64,000 nucleotides of DNA from a virus (taxonomy: Duplodnaviria; Caudoviricetes). The stretch is from the IMG/VR virus record IMGVR_UViG_3300037247_001786, positions 396,979-460,978 of that record. One strand, given 5' to 3'. Below are positions 47,338-58,085 of this stretch, in pieces. The position numbers and the translations under genes are program-made. Under the pieces are notes generated by a model that saw only the letters and a program-made list of their open reading frames with translations, did not search any database and was not told where the DNA came from. Within the stretch, counting starts at the first letter, position 1; the number at the start of each line of letters is the position of its first letter.

Positions 47338-48015
47338 ATGGCACTTAGAAAACAAAAAGGTAATATGTACGAATTTATAACTCATGTTTGGAGTCCTCTC
47401 AGGGGTAAATGTAAGCATGACTGTTCATATTGCTATATGAAGAAATTCGAGTTGGATAATATGAAGTTAGACGAGAAAGACCTCATGACGAAACTTGGCG
47501 AAGATAAGATTATCTTTGTCGGACATACGGTTGACTTGTTTGCTGATGATGTCCCTACTGAATGGATTGAAAAGATTTTAACACAGTTAAGAGCTTATCC
47601 TAAAAATAGGTATCTTTTGCAGAGTAAAAATCCTGCAAGGATAATAGATTTCGCAGAACAGCTTCCTCCTGATGTTTTTCTTGGAACAACAATTGAAACG
47701 AATCGTACTGAGTACTACGAGTCTAAGGCTCCTTCATATATTGAAAGGGCAGAAGCTTTAGGCGAGTTAAGCAAGATGGGTTTCGAGACGATGGTAACTA
47801 TTGAGCCTATTTTTGATTTTGATTTAGATGAGTTAATAGATCTTGTAATTACTGCTAATCCAGCATGGATTAATGTTGGGGCAGACAGTAAAGGTCACGA
47901 TTTACCTGAACCCTCTAAAGAGAAAGTAACTGCTCTTATTGAGACATTACAGACAAAGACTGATGTTGAGTTAAAAAGAAATCTTAGTAGGATATTAGAG
48001 GATATGCCATCATGA
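47338..48015 (+). CDS. DUF5131 / Gp37-Gp68-like radical SAM-fold protein
   Basis: WSPLRGKCKHDCSYCYM, LQSKNP, GTTIET, VTIEPI. Confidence 0.85.
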   Translation: MALRKQKGNMYEFITHVWSPLRGKCKHDCSYCYMKKFELDNMKLDEKDLMTKLGEDKIIFVGHTVDLFADDVPTEWIEKILTQLRAYPKNRYLLQSKNPARIIDFAEQLPPDVFLGTTIETNRTEYYESKAPSYIERAEALGELSKMGFETMVTIEPIFDFDLDELIDLVITANPAWINVGADSKGHDLPEPSKEKVTALIETLQTKTDVELKRNLSRILEDMPS

Positions 48016-49287
48016 CGGAAGACCTTTTAGAGAGAATAGCTAGTTCTCTTTTAGGGACTTGTAATTCTATAGAAATGCTTTTAGAAAGTATGGATATAGA
48101 AGATTATGATGTCGAAGAAATTGAAGATGCTATTTTAGATTTTCAAGTAGAGCGATGTAGTGGTTGCGGATGGTGGTTTGAATGCCATGAATTAGAATCG
48201 GAAAAAGAAAACGGAAAATGTAAGGATTGCAGATGATTAATAGAGCGTCAATGATAAAAGATTTTTTAACATATGTGAAAGGGCGTAGTTTTTTATATCT
48301 TCGTTCAGTTTCTACTAATAAAAAGATTACTACTTGTGATGAAGAAAGAGAGAGGGAACTGATAGGAGATTTTGTATCAGATGTTTCTATAAATAATAGA
48401 GATAATTTTCCTAAATTATTTGAAGCTTTTTTAATGGATATAGAAGGAGATAAAGCTCATTATATGATCGTAGATGAGCTTGGTTTCGCTGGGTATCAAA
48501 CCTCTCCTGTCAATAACCTATTGAAAAGAAATATAAAATGTAAAGCTGGAACTATCTTTTTTGTTTCTATGTCGAATTATAAACAAGGAGCAAAAGCAGA
48601 ATTTATGCCTTGGGTATCACAAGCGGCAAGTAAGAATCTTGTAGATCTAATAACTCAACATAATGAAGAAGAGTTAGATAACATATACGGTTGGATGTCA
48701 GATAGACTTATAGAATATGGTAAATTTAAAGATGGAGATAAAATCATTGAACGTATCGGAGAAACTTTAAGCGATTACTATAAAAGAAAAGGAGATGTCT
48801 AATGACTAAAAAAAGCATGTTCAATAGTCCAGAATTTGGGAAAGTAGTTCTATCGGGATTAGACTGGATAGATGCTAATGCCGCTGAATGTAATCGTCTC
48901 AAAACGGAGACTATGGACGGGCATACGTTAGTTGAAGGATCAGAAGTCTTTTCTGCTCATGACCCTTTTTATCCAGTTGTAATTGAGAAACTTCTACCTG
49001 ACTCTAAAATGTGTCGTATTAAATGTCGTAATAGAGAAGATAGACGTAAAAAATATACTATAGAAGCTCATAATAAAGAACTCTTTCTTGACGCGAAAAG
49101 AGCGTTTGAGTTAGCTATTAAGAAACTTGATGAAAAAAAGAAAAAGCTTACTTGCAATATTAACGACGCTGAAAAAATAATTGAACAACTGGTAAAAGAG
49201 CGTAATGAGTTACTTAATGGCTGGGCTAGGGTACTTAATAAAGAGAACCCTCAAAATATTCCCTGGCCAATGGAATATGGAAAGTAA
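48012..49287 (+). CDS. three hypothetical ORFs (48012-48236, 48227-48802, 48802-49287)
   Basis: overlapping start/stop codons. Confidence 0.7.
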
Positions 49288-49295
49288 AAAATAAG

Positions 49296-49766
49296 ATGAA
49301 AAAAGTAACTTTATATTCTGATGGTGCTTGTTCTGTAAACCCTGGACCTGGTGGTTGGGGAACCATTCTAGAATATAATGGCACAAAAAAGGAATTTTCT
49401 AATGGTTATAGAAGAACAACAAATAACCGTATGGAACTTATGGGCATAATAGAACCTCTGCGTCTCCTTAAAGAACCATGTCAAGTTGAGATTTATACAG
49501 ATTCTCAATACATTGTTCATGCTGTAACGAAAGATTGGCTAAGTGGGTGGGTCAAAAGAGACTGGAAACGTAGTGATAGGATGCCAGTTGCGAATGTCGA
49601 TCTCTGGAAGTTGCTTTTAGAGCAGCTGGACGTTCACCAGTTGTCTTTTTATTGGATTAGGGGTCATAACGAGCATGCGGAGAACGAACGCTGTGACGAG
49701 ATAGCTGTGTTCACTAGACAACAGAGCAATTTAGGGATAGATACGGAGTATGAAAATAATAAATGA
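49296..49766 (+). CDS. rnhA: ribonuclease HI
   Basis: YSDGAC..NPGPGGWG, TTNNRMEL, TDSQY, NVDLW, WIRGH....ENERCD. Confidence 0.95.
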   Translation: MKKVTLYSDGACSVNPGPGGWGTILEYNGTKKEFSNGYRRTTNNRMELMGIIEPLRLLKEPCQVEIYTDSQYIVHAVTKDWLSGWVKRDWKRSDRMPVANVDLWKLLLEQLDVHQLSFYWIRGHNEHAENERCDEIAVFTRQQSNLGIDTEYENNK

Positions 49767-49984
49767 CAGCTTTAGATTTAGATAAAGATGATGAAGGTAT
49801 CATCATAAGAATAAGTGGGCGTGGTAAAATAAAACATAGACTTGTAACTTTAGGATTTTTTAAAGGCAACTCTATATGCATGTTACATAAATCTCTGGGG
49901 AATGCTTTATTGCAAGTAGGAACTTCAAGAATAGCCGTCTCGACGAAGTTATTAAATAGAATTGAATTGGAGAGAATAGGATGA
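49763..49984 (+). CDS. feoA: FeoA family SH3-like protein
   Basis: RL..LGF..G..I........V...RIA pattern, 73 aa. Confidence 0.75.
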   Translation: MTALDLDKDDEGIIIRISGRGKIKHRLVTLGFFKGNSICMLHKSLGNALLQVGTSRIAVSTKLLNRIELERIG

Positions 49985-50565
49985 CGAATAAATTACCTAT
50001 TATTTATATCTTTTTTGATAGAGCAAGAAGTACAGAAGATGGTGGATCTGGAGTTGCGATAACGGAAGATGGGAAAAAGATAGCTGGGCATCACTGCTCT
50101 TCTCCTTGTTTCGTTAAATGTGATTTAGGTCGTTCAGAACTTCATAAAGAGTGTTATTCTGTTCTCTATCCAGATGGATATGATTTAAAGCATATTTATA
50201 ACTCTGTATCATCTGGTGACCCTTCTTTTTTAAAGGCTTTAAAGATTTACAACTTACATATTACTTAATAATTGAGAGATCAAACTATGACTGAACAAAA
50301 CAACGATGAACAACAGGTGGATACTATATCCAGCCAAGATTCATGCCCTATATGTGGGGAACTAGCATTAGATTATAATGAGCATATCTGTTTAAAAAAG
50401 ATATTAGAAGAGATAGACGAAGAAAATGAAAATGAGATACTTGAGGACGAAGAGTCGGTCGAGTACGAAGACAAAACTTATGGCGAAAAGTTAGATGATG
50501 CCGAGTTTATAGATAATTACTATGAAGAATATGGGGTTGACGACGAAGACGATGATATTTTTTAA
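49981..50565 (+). CDS. two hypothetical ORFs (49981-50268; very acidic 50287-50565)
   Basis: second has CPICG and a D/E-rich tail. Confidence 0.65.
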
Positions 50566-50726
50566 AAGGAGTAATGTTCTATTACCAGAATATATAAGTT
50601 AGAATATTTAAACTCCGAATTAAAGTATTCTAGCAAAATATATACTATATAATATAAAGAGTAATTTCTTTTCCTTTATCGGAGTTTAGGACTAGATTTT
50701 ACTCTTTTTTTATGCGGAGGACGGGA

Positions 50727-51434
50727 ATGAGTAAAAAATATACAATAGAGTTTGTTAGAAACTATTTCAAGGAGCAAGGATGCAAGTTATTAGAAAAGGA
50801 GTATGTAAATAGTAAAGTCAAGATGAGATACAAATGTGTTTGTGGGAATATAAGTAAAATATGTTTTAATCATTTTAGTCGAGGACATAGATGCCGAAAA
50901 TGCGGAGGATGTCAAAAATATACTTTCGAAGATATTAAAAATTATTTTTTAGATAATAATTGCGAATTATTAGAAAATGAATACAAAAACAATAGATATC
51001 TTTTAAAATATAAATGTGAATGTGGGAACACCGGCACAATAACTTTGGATAATTTTAAGAAAGGAAAAAGATGTAAAAAATGTGGGATAGAAAAAAGAAG
51101 TGGTAAAAATTCTAACTTGTGGGATTCTAATTTGACTGATGAAGAAAGAATAAAGAATAAGACCAGGACATCTGATTTTCTTTATATTAAATGGAGAATT
51201 AATATATATCAAAGAGATAACTACACCTGTCAAAAATGCCATCAAAAAGGAACATTATTAAATGCTCATCATATAGAATCATGGTCTACTAATAAAAAAT
51301 TGAGATTGGTTAAATCTAATGGAATTACTTTTTGCGAAAAATGTCACAAGAAATTCCATAAAAAATATGGGAAAAAAGATAATAATCAACGGCAACTATG
51401 TGAGTATCTTAAAACTATGACCTCAGCAGCTTAA
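50727..51434 (+). CDS. HNH homing endonuclease
   Basis: two N-terminal YKCxCG repeats; RDNYTCQKC..LNAHHI..NGITFCEKCHKKFH. Confidence 0.9.
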   Translation: MSKKYTIEFVRNYFKEQGCKLLEKEYVNSKVKMRYKCVCGNISKICFNHFSRGHRCRKCGGCQKYTFEDIKNYFLDNNCELLENEYKNNRYLLKYKCECGNTGTITLDNFKKGKRCKKCGIEKRSGKNSNLWDSNLTDEERIKNKTRTSDFLYIKWRINIYQRDNYTCQKCHQKGTLLNAHHIESWSTNKKLRLVKSNGITFCEKCHKKFHKKYGKKDNNQRQLCEYLKTMTSAA

Positions 51435-51595
51435 GGCATACTATCTCCTTTTAATCCCAACTAACAAACATATGATCGTAGCATACGTCACAATATTGCC
51501 ATTGAGAAGCGAGTCCTTTTCCTTTTTTAAGTTCCGAGCTGTCAAATAATTCTTGACATCTGAAACATCTAGATTTTTTTTCTTCTTTTTCCATT

Positions 51596-52437
51596 TTATT
51601 TAGGCACAAATCCTGGTCTATCTTTTGGGAAATACATTTCTTCTGTATCTGGATCCATAGTAAGTATTTCTCCTCTGTGGGACTTTGCTACTAATTCGAC
51701 AGAATGCTCTATCATATTAATAGCACATAGATATTCTTCTTTTTCTGAGATAGGGCTAGAGCATGTCATATGTGTTCCTAATATGTTATGTTTTTTACAC
51801 ATCTTATAATATTCTTGTTTAAGACGCTTCACCTGTTTTTTCTGTAGTCTCTTTGTTTTGTAATTTTTTTCGGCATACTTTTTCACATTCATCGTCTTTT
51901 TCCTTTTTTTGTATTTTTTCTCTTTCTTCGGCTGTGGTGCCGGTTTCGAAATATGTTTCCAATAATGTTCTAAATCTTTTCTCATCTACATCTGTTATTT
52001 TATTAAAAAAAAGTGGTTTATATAGTACTGCCCATTCTTCATCCCATAGATGTATAGCACTACTCTGGTATTGTTCATTGCCTCGGTGTATGATAAAATT
52101 ATCTTTTTCTTCTTTAATTAGTTCTATAGGGTTATCGAGTTTAATTTCTACCATATAGGCGTTATCGTATCCTTCTATTTCTCCTTTGAATAAGAAGTAT
52201 ATCATTCCTACTACTTCGAGGGGCAGTTTATCTATATTGTAAGTTATATTATTCATTTTCCTCGTTAAGTAATTTCTTTAGGTATTCGTTTTCTCTTTTA
52301 TATGCTTCTGCATCGAATTTAGCATATATTAGTTCTAGATGTATATCTTGATTTTCTTCTTTAAGTTTCTCTTTTTCTTCTTCGATATATTCTATTTTTA
52401 ATTTAAGTTGTTCGACTTCAGCATGTGTTTTATCCAT
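51596..52437 (-). CDS. three hypothetical ORFs (51596-51985 start uncertain, 51819-52256, 52249-52437)
   Basis: minus-strand operon downstream of tsf. Confidence 0.55.
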
Positions 52438-52740
52438 CTTTATTCCCTTACATAAAATAAGATATATTTCATTATACTTATATTCTATTCACTTGCAAGT
52501 ACATTATATAAGTAATGCTGGCAATATCCATGCCTTCACTGCCCAAATACCTCCGCAAACTGCTACGAGAAAACATAGCCCCTGTGCTATTGCTTTGTTA
52601 TTTTCTTTTCTAATTGGGATCATTTCCAATTCGATTGCATCATCAATTAGAGTTTGTTTTTTTCTTTTGTTAATGCCTCGTTTTTATTAATTTTTTGTAT
52701 TTCAACGTCTGTTTGTTCTCTTGTCATCAGTATTCTCCTT

Positions 52741-53565
52741 TTAAATTCCTATTTCGATATGTCTGTATTTTTTTAGTGTTATCTCCATCATTTCGTCTCG
52801 TCTGACATTTTTAATTGCTTGGTCAACGGTTATCTTGTCATCTAAACAATATATTTGATTTATTAGAACTCTTTCTTTTTTGAATTTTTCTCTTTTTCCT
52901 CTTGAGATTTTAGCGAGAATTTCTTCTGGTTTATTTTTTAGATGTTCAGGTATCTCTAGATCTACTCTTGACCAATCTATTTCTTTGTCATCTAGGAATT
53001 GTGGTTTACAGGCTACAATATGCATTGCTATATTTTTCCCTAATTCTTGCAGCATAACTGGGTTTGAATTAGCTTCGAATTGCACTATAGCAGCTTTTTT
53101 ATTATCGAAATGGACATATGATCCTATAGAAGTGTTTTCTGTGACATGATGAATAAAAATCTGTCCAACTTCAACTTTTTCTCCAGTCTGTGTTTTTACC
53201 TCATCTACAATTTCTTCAATTTGTCGTCTATCTTCTTCTGTATATGATAAAGCTAGTTTTGCTATTTTATCAGTTCCGCTGCTAAACAGTTCGCTTTTCG
53301 CTGTAAAATCTGTTTCGCATAGAAGGCTGACCATAGCTATTTTTGAACCATAAACAGGAAATTCATGTGAACATTTTACAACGACTCTTCCTTCGCTTGT
53401 TATTCTATCTTTACGCCTTTCATCTATTTTTTCTTTGGCATTTTTTCTAATATACTCAAAAGCTTCATCGAATGAGTTGGTTTCTAGTAATGCTTTTTTA
53501 CAATCCATAATTGGTTGTCCACTTGTTTTTCTAAGTCTTATTATGTCTTCTTTATTTACTTTCAT
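52741..53565 (-). CDS. tsf: translation elongation factor Ts
   Basis: LRKTSGQPIMDCKKAL, SEGRV, CETDFTAK, IAMHIVA..P; GAGGAG SD before ATG 53565. Confidence 0.9.
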   Translation of the reverse strand: MKVNKEDIIRLRKTSGQPIMDCKKALLETNSFDEAFEYIRKNAKEKIDERRKDRITSEGRVVVKCSHEFPVYGSKIAMVSLLCETDFTAKSELFSSGTDKIAKLALSYTEEDRRQIEEIVDEVKTQTGEKVEVGQIFIHHVTENTSIGSYVHFDNKKAAIVQFEANSNPVMLQELGKNIAMHIVACKPQFLDDKEIDWSRVDLEIPEHLKNKPEEILAKISRGKREKFKKERVLINQIYCLDDKITVDQAIKNVRRDEMMEITLKKYRHIEIGI

Positions 53566-53696
53566 TTGTCTCCTCTTTGGAATTATTATTTTAATATCAC
53601 TCATAATTTGACAGTATACTTTATATTGAAACACTTTTCATTTATATTATCGTCTGTAACTTAATATTTTGTTATCTTTGTGCCGATAAAATAATT

Positions 53697-54701
53697 ATGG
53701 AAGATATAAAAAAAAGAAAAATATTGCTTAAGAATCACCAAAGTCCTGGTGATATTTTAATGCTCACGGCGGCGGTAAGGGATCTTAAATTGAGTTATCC
53801 AGATATTGAGATAGGAGTTAACACTTCTTGTGGGGAGATATGGGACAATAACCCCTATATAACAAATATAAATGAAGAGGATAAAGATGTTCAAGTTATT
53901 AGAGTTGATTATCCTTTAGTTCATCAAAGCAATGAAGGGCAATATCATTTTATTCATGGATTTAGAAAAGGTCTCGAAGATAAATTGAATTTGAAGATCA
54001 AAGCCACTAAATTCAAAGGTGATATTCATATAAGTGATTCCGAAAAGTCATGGATAAATCAAGTGGAAGAAATGGGAGTGAAGGATAACTTTTGGATTAT
54101 TATGGCAGGTGGCAAGTATGATTTTACCGCAAAGTGGTGGAGTTCTCCATATTATCAAAAAGTTATAGACCATTTTAACGGGAAGATAACTTTTGTTCAG
54201 TGTGGTCAAAAAGAACATTGGCATCCCCCCCTTAAGAATGTGATTAATTTGATTGGTAAAACAGATTTAAGACAATTTATTCGTTTGATTTATCATTCAG
54301 TTGGAGTTGTGTCTCCTGTTACATTTGCGATGCATGCTGCTGCGGCTGTAGAAAATAAACATGATTTAAAAAATCGTCCTTGCGTTGTTATCGCTGGTGG
54401 GAGAGAACCTTCTCAATGGGAGAAGTATCCTCATCATCGTTTTTTAGAAAATACCGGGGCATTACGATGTTGCGATAACGGAGGTTGCTGGAAAAGTAGG
54501 TGTCAAACAGTCGGAGATGGGGACAAGAAAGATACTGAAAAAGAACTATGTCTTTCTCCTATCAAGTTAAAAGATAAGACATCTATTCCTAAGTGTATGT
54601 ATATGATTAAGCCTGGTGACGTAATCAGGGCGATAGAAGGATACTATAAAGGTGGAGTTCTGGAATATAACAATTCAACAGATAAGGATAAAAAGAAATG
54701 A
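53697..54701 (+). CDS. GT9-like (heptosyltransferase-fold) glycosyltransferase
   Basis: PGDILMLTAAVRDLK, NLIGKTDLRQFIRLI, MHAAAA. Confidence 0.85.
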   Translation: MEDIKKRKILLKNHQSPGDILMLTAAVRDLKLSYPDIEIGVNTSCGEIWDNNPYITNINEEDKDVQVIRVDYPLVHQSNEGQYHFIHGFRKGLEDKLNLKIKATKFKGDIHISDSEKSWINQVEEMGVKDNFWIIMAGGKYDFTAKWWSSPYYQKVIDHFNGKITFVQCGQKEHWHPPLKNVINLIGKTDLRQFIRLIYHSVGVVSPVTFAMHAAAAVENKHDLKNRPCVVIAGGREPSQWEKYPHHRFLENTGALRCCDNGGCWKSRCQTVGDGDKKDTEKELCLSPIKLKDKTSIPKCMYMIKPGDVIRAIEGYYKGGVLEYNNSTDKDKKK

Positions 54702-55762
54702 AGATAGCAATTTTTTCAAAATTCAATATGGCTGGAGGTTCTGAATTTCGTTGTGTCGAGTTAGCTAATGGCATATCTAGATTTACTGATCATGAATCTT
54801 TTATTCTAGCTGAAAAAAGGATGCCCAATAATCTTTTAGAACATATTGATAAGAGAGTAAATGTCATAGAGAACTGTTTTTTAATGCCAGAATACTTTTA
54901 TAATGCAGATTGCGTTGTAACCATTAATACTGATTCTAGAAATTTTTCTACTTTAGATTATTGGGAAGGTAAATCTTCTGAACATAATCACAGTATTGAT
55001 TTAAAGAAAATGAAGAATAAGAAAATGTTCTTCCTCTATAACTTTATTGTAAGCCCCTCAAGACATTTATATCAATTAAAAGAAAAGGGAATAGATGTCG
55101 GAATATTAACTACTAATCGCAAATTTTTTGACGAAATAACTAAACAGGATAGATATGAATATGTCAAATGTTTGCCTCGTTATATTTTAACTAGCCCTAT
55201 TAATCCTGATAACGTAGAAATATTTGTCAGGAAACCGAAAGATAAAATATGTTTTGGCATGCATTCTAAAAGATTAGGCAATAAATGGAATGACGATATC
55301 GAAAAGCTTATTAAAGAGATAAATAAAAGATATTCTAAAGATCAAGTAGAATTTCGTTTTATGGGGATTAAAAATGACTTAAAAAAAAGAATAGAAAAAA
55401 TAGAAAATGTGACATGTCTAAAAGAGAATGAAGAAACTGTAAAAGACTTTTTATCAAAACTGGACGTTTTCTTATTCTTCCCAGATTGGAAAAGAGAAGA
55501 GCCTTGGGCTAGAGTTATTGCAGAGGCTATGGTTTCTGGTTGTCCGGTTATCGCTTTAGATAAGGGAGGGACTAAAGATCAAGTTTTAAAATGTAACAAT
55601 GGTTTTTTATGCAAAAGATATAATGATTATTTTAATAACGTCGTTTATTGCATCGAGCATAAAGAACAGATACCTATTATGAGTAAGAACTCTATAAGAA
55701 TATCAAAAGATTTTTATTCAGAGAAAGTTATTAGTAGATTAATGGAAATTATAGAAAATTAG
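54698..55762 (+). CDS. GT4 glycosyltransferase
   Basis: DVFLF..EEPWARVIAEAMVSGCPVIA...GG. Confidence 0.9.
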   Translation: MKIAIFSKFNMAGGSEFRCVELANGISRFTDHESFILAEKRMPNNLLEHIDKRVNVIENCFLMPEYFYNADCVVTINTDSRNFSTLDYWEGKSSEHNHSIDLKKMKNKKMFFLYNFIVSPSRHLYQLKEKGIDVGILTTNRKFFDEITKQDRYEYVKCLPRYILTSPINPDNVEIFVRKPKDKICFGMHSKRLGNKWNDDIEKLIKEINKRYSKDQVEFRFMGIKNDLKKRIEKIENVTCLKENEETVKDFLSKLDVFLFFPDWKREEPWARVIAEAMVSGCPVIALDKGGTKDQVLKCNNGFLCKRYNDYFNNVVYCIEHKEQIPIMSKNSIRISKDFYSEKVISRLMEIIEN

Positions 55763-55770
55763 GAGCATGT

Positions 55771-56592
55771 ATGGAAAATTACTATAATGGTTATGGTTTG
55801 ATTTGGGATGGCAAATTTACTGAGAATATAAAAAAAATATATAATATCTCATTTTGCACAACAGTTATGAATAGACTTCACAATCTTAAAGAAACTCTTC
55901 CTAAAAATATTGAAGACAATAAAGAATACCCTAACTTAGAGTTTGTTATTTTAGATTATAATTCTAAAGATGGACTAGAGGAGTGGATGAAAAAACACAT
56001 GATGAAACATATAGAATCTGGTAGAGTTTCTTATTACAGAACAGATAAACCTAAATATTTTAGTATGGCTCATTCTCGTAATATCGCATTTAAAGTTGCT
56101 AATGGGGAAATAGTAAATAATTTAGATGCTGATAACTATACAGTTAAATATCTTAATGAACCTCCTTTAAAAGAGCCCTGGTCATTTTATTTAAATAGGA
56201 TGGCTAACGATCGTACTAAAAAAACTATTTTTGCAAAAGGTAAAAGAGGTATGCATGGTCGCATAGGCTTTTTTAAAAACGAATTTATAGAAGAATTAGG
56301 TGGATATGACGAAGGGTTATTGGGGTATGGTCATGACGATCATGACTTAGTATATAGGGCGTGGGAGCTAGGTTATTCTATGTACTGGTGGGGAGGGCAA
56401 TATTATAGTAGAATAAGGACAGGAGGGAAGGAAAAAAATATAAATATGGAAAAACCTTGGAAAGAAACAGAAAATGAAAATAAAAAAAAATCAGATTTAA
56501 ATATTAAAAATAAGATATTCAAATCTAATCAAGGAAAACCATGGGGAAAGTCTAATTTGATTAAAAATTTTAAAGAGGAGGTATCCGTTTAA
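55771..56592 (+). CDS. GT2/GT7C-like glycosyltransferase
   Basis: ISFCTT, ILDYNSKD, HSRN, NLDAD, LGGYDE..GYGHDD. Confidence 0.85.
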   Translation: MENYYNGYGLIWDGKFTENIKKIYNISFCTTVMNRLHNLKETLPKNIEDNKEYPNLEFVILDYNSKDGLEEWMKKHMMKHIESGRVSYYRTDKPKYFSMAHSRNIAFKVANGEIVNNLDADNYTVKYLNEPPLKEPWSFYLNRMANDRTKKTIFAKGKRGMHGRIGFFKNEFIEELGGYDEGLLGYGHDDHDLVYRAWELGYSMYWWGGQYYSRIRTGGKEKNINMEKPWKETENENKKKSDLNIKNKIFKSNQGKPWGKSNLIKNFKEEVSV

Positions 56593-57279
56593 ATGAAAAA
56601 TATGATATGGGCTGCTTCTGGATTGGGGTTGGGAGATTGTTGGGCTAGTGTTAATTACATTCTGAGAAAAAGTATTGAAAATAATAAAATAGAGCAAGTC
56701 TCTCATTACTATAAAAAAGGAAATAAAAAAAGAAATTATTATAAAAAAGTTAATGAGATTATTAATTTAATTGAGTCGAGTGGGAGAATAAAGTTGGTTA
56801 ATGAAGATCCTACAGACAAACTAACATGGAAGGATGTTTACAAAATAGATTATTTTAACACAAAAGTTGTTTGGAAAAATAATAATTCTAATAATGTTTG
56901 TTATCAATTTGATGGAAAATCTCACAATTGTAAAAATATGAATAGCAAAGAAGAAGAAGACAAAATAATCGAAACATTAATTGATAGTGGGTTTAATCAC
57001 GTAAGATTGGGAGGTCATTTATCATTAGAGGAGAACATAGAGCTATTGTCAAAATGTGAGTTCTTCATAGGCGTAGAAAGCGGATTCGCCCATATAGCCT
57101 GTAGTGTTGGAACTCCTATTTTTATGGTTGTGAATGGTCGCACCTACCAAGGGGTAAAAGACTCCCACGAAAATAGAACTTTACTTTTATGTAAGGATTA
57201 TTTAGACGCTATTTCTTCGATACATAAATATCTTAAAGATAAAGAATATTATAATAAATATAAGGAGTTAATAATATGA
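56593..57279 (+). CDS. GT9-like glycosyltransferase
   Basis: GLGD..; LEENIELLSKCEFFIGVESGFAHIA..VGTP. Confidence 0.75.
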   Translation: MKNMIWAASGLGLGDCWASVNYILRKSIENNKIEQVSHYYKKGNKKRNYYKKVNEIINLIESSGRIKLVNEDPTDKLTWKDVYKIDYFNTKVVWKNNNSNNVCYQFDGKSHNCKNMNSKEEEDKIIETLIDSGFNHVRLGGHLSLEENIELLSKCEFFIGVESGFAHIACSVGTPIFMVVNGRTYQGVKDSHENRTLLLCKDYLDAISSIHKYLKDKEYYNKYKELII

Positions 57280-58085
57280 TAAAGATTAAAAATAAATACT
57301 TTAATACATGCCCCGTTGTTTTCCACCATAACGGAAGACCTTCAAGGTTTAATCACCCTTCAGGAGTTTCGTTGAAAAAAGAAGTATTCGATTATTTCTC
57401 GAATGGAAATAGAAAAACATTTAAAGGCAGAAAAGAAAGGGTTCGTTATCCTATACCTAAAAAATCAGATATATACAACGATTTGTCTAAAAAGTTAACT
57501 ATTTTTATGGTAACTAATTTAAAAGAAAAAGGGAGTGCTGCCAGAAGTTTAGATTATTACAATATGCCGTATACTATAGAAGGAAGAGATATCGTTAAGT
57601 ATGCAAATTTTGAAAAATTTAGAAAATTAGTAAATTTTATCCCCTCTGTAAAGACGGAGTATCTTATGTTGTTTGATTCAGATGACGTTTTTGTTATAGA
57701 TGGATTAGAGAAAGTTGTTGATACCTTCGAAGAAGAAATGGATTGCAAAATGCTTTTTAATGCAGAAGCTTGGAATTATCCAAAAGGAGATGCAGAGCAA
57801 AAAGAATTTGAACGTCTTTTAGCTCCAGAAGACAGTCCTTTCAAGTATTTAAATTCAGGAGTTTGGATCGCTAATACTGTTTTTTTGCAAAAGCATTTGG
57901 ACACATTGATAGATTTAGCACGCTCTGCTCCTGGAGATCAAATTGTTTTTAAGAAATTTTATAAAATATTGTATCCTGATATTAAGATTGATCATAGGTG
58001 CAAGTATTTTCAGTCTTTAACATGGAGCAATTGGCTAAAGGATCACTATCCATCGAGAATGGACCTAGAAATAGAGGTGGAGTAA
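57276..58085 (+). CDS. PLOD-type (procollagen lysine GT-like) glycosyltransferase
   Basis: MLFDSDDV, LFNAE..YP, KYLNSGVWI, DQ. Confidence 0.7.
   Translation: MIKIKNKYFNTCPVVFHHNGRPSRFNHPSGVSLKKEVFDYFSNGNRKTFKGRKERVRYPIPKKSDIYNDLSKKLTIFMVTNLKEKGSAARSLDYYNMPYTIEGRDIVKYANFEKFRKLVNFIPSVKTEYLMLFDSDDVFVIDGLEKVVDTFEEEMDCKMLFNAEAWNYPKGDAEQKEFERLLAPEDSPFKYLNSGVWIANTVFLQKHLDTLIDLARSAPGDQIVFKKFYKILYPDIKIDHRCKYFQSLTWSNWLKDHYPSRMDLEIEVE

Noticed and set aside
52480-52730. Programmed frameshift at a T7/A7 run (52657-52663) joining two short minus-strand frames into one membrane protein
   Set aside because: It cannot be distinguished from a homopolymer sequencing error or decay without reads.
53661-53689. 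sigma28-type promoter (GCCGATAA at 53682)
   Set aside because: Single instance with no TAAA at the 15-nt spacing; too weak to call.
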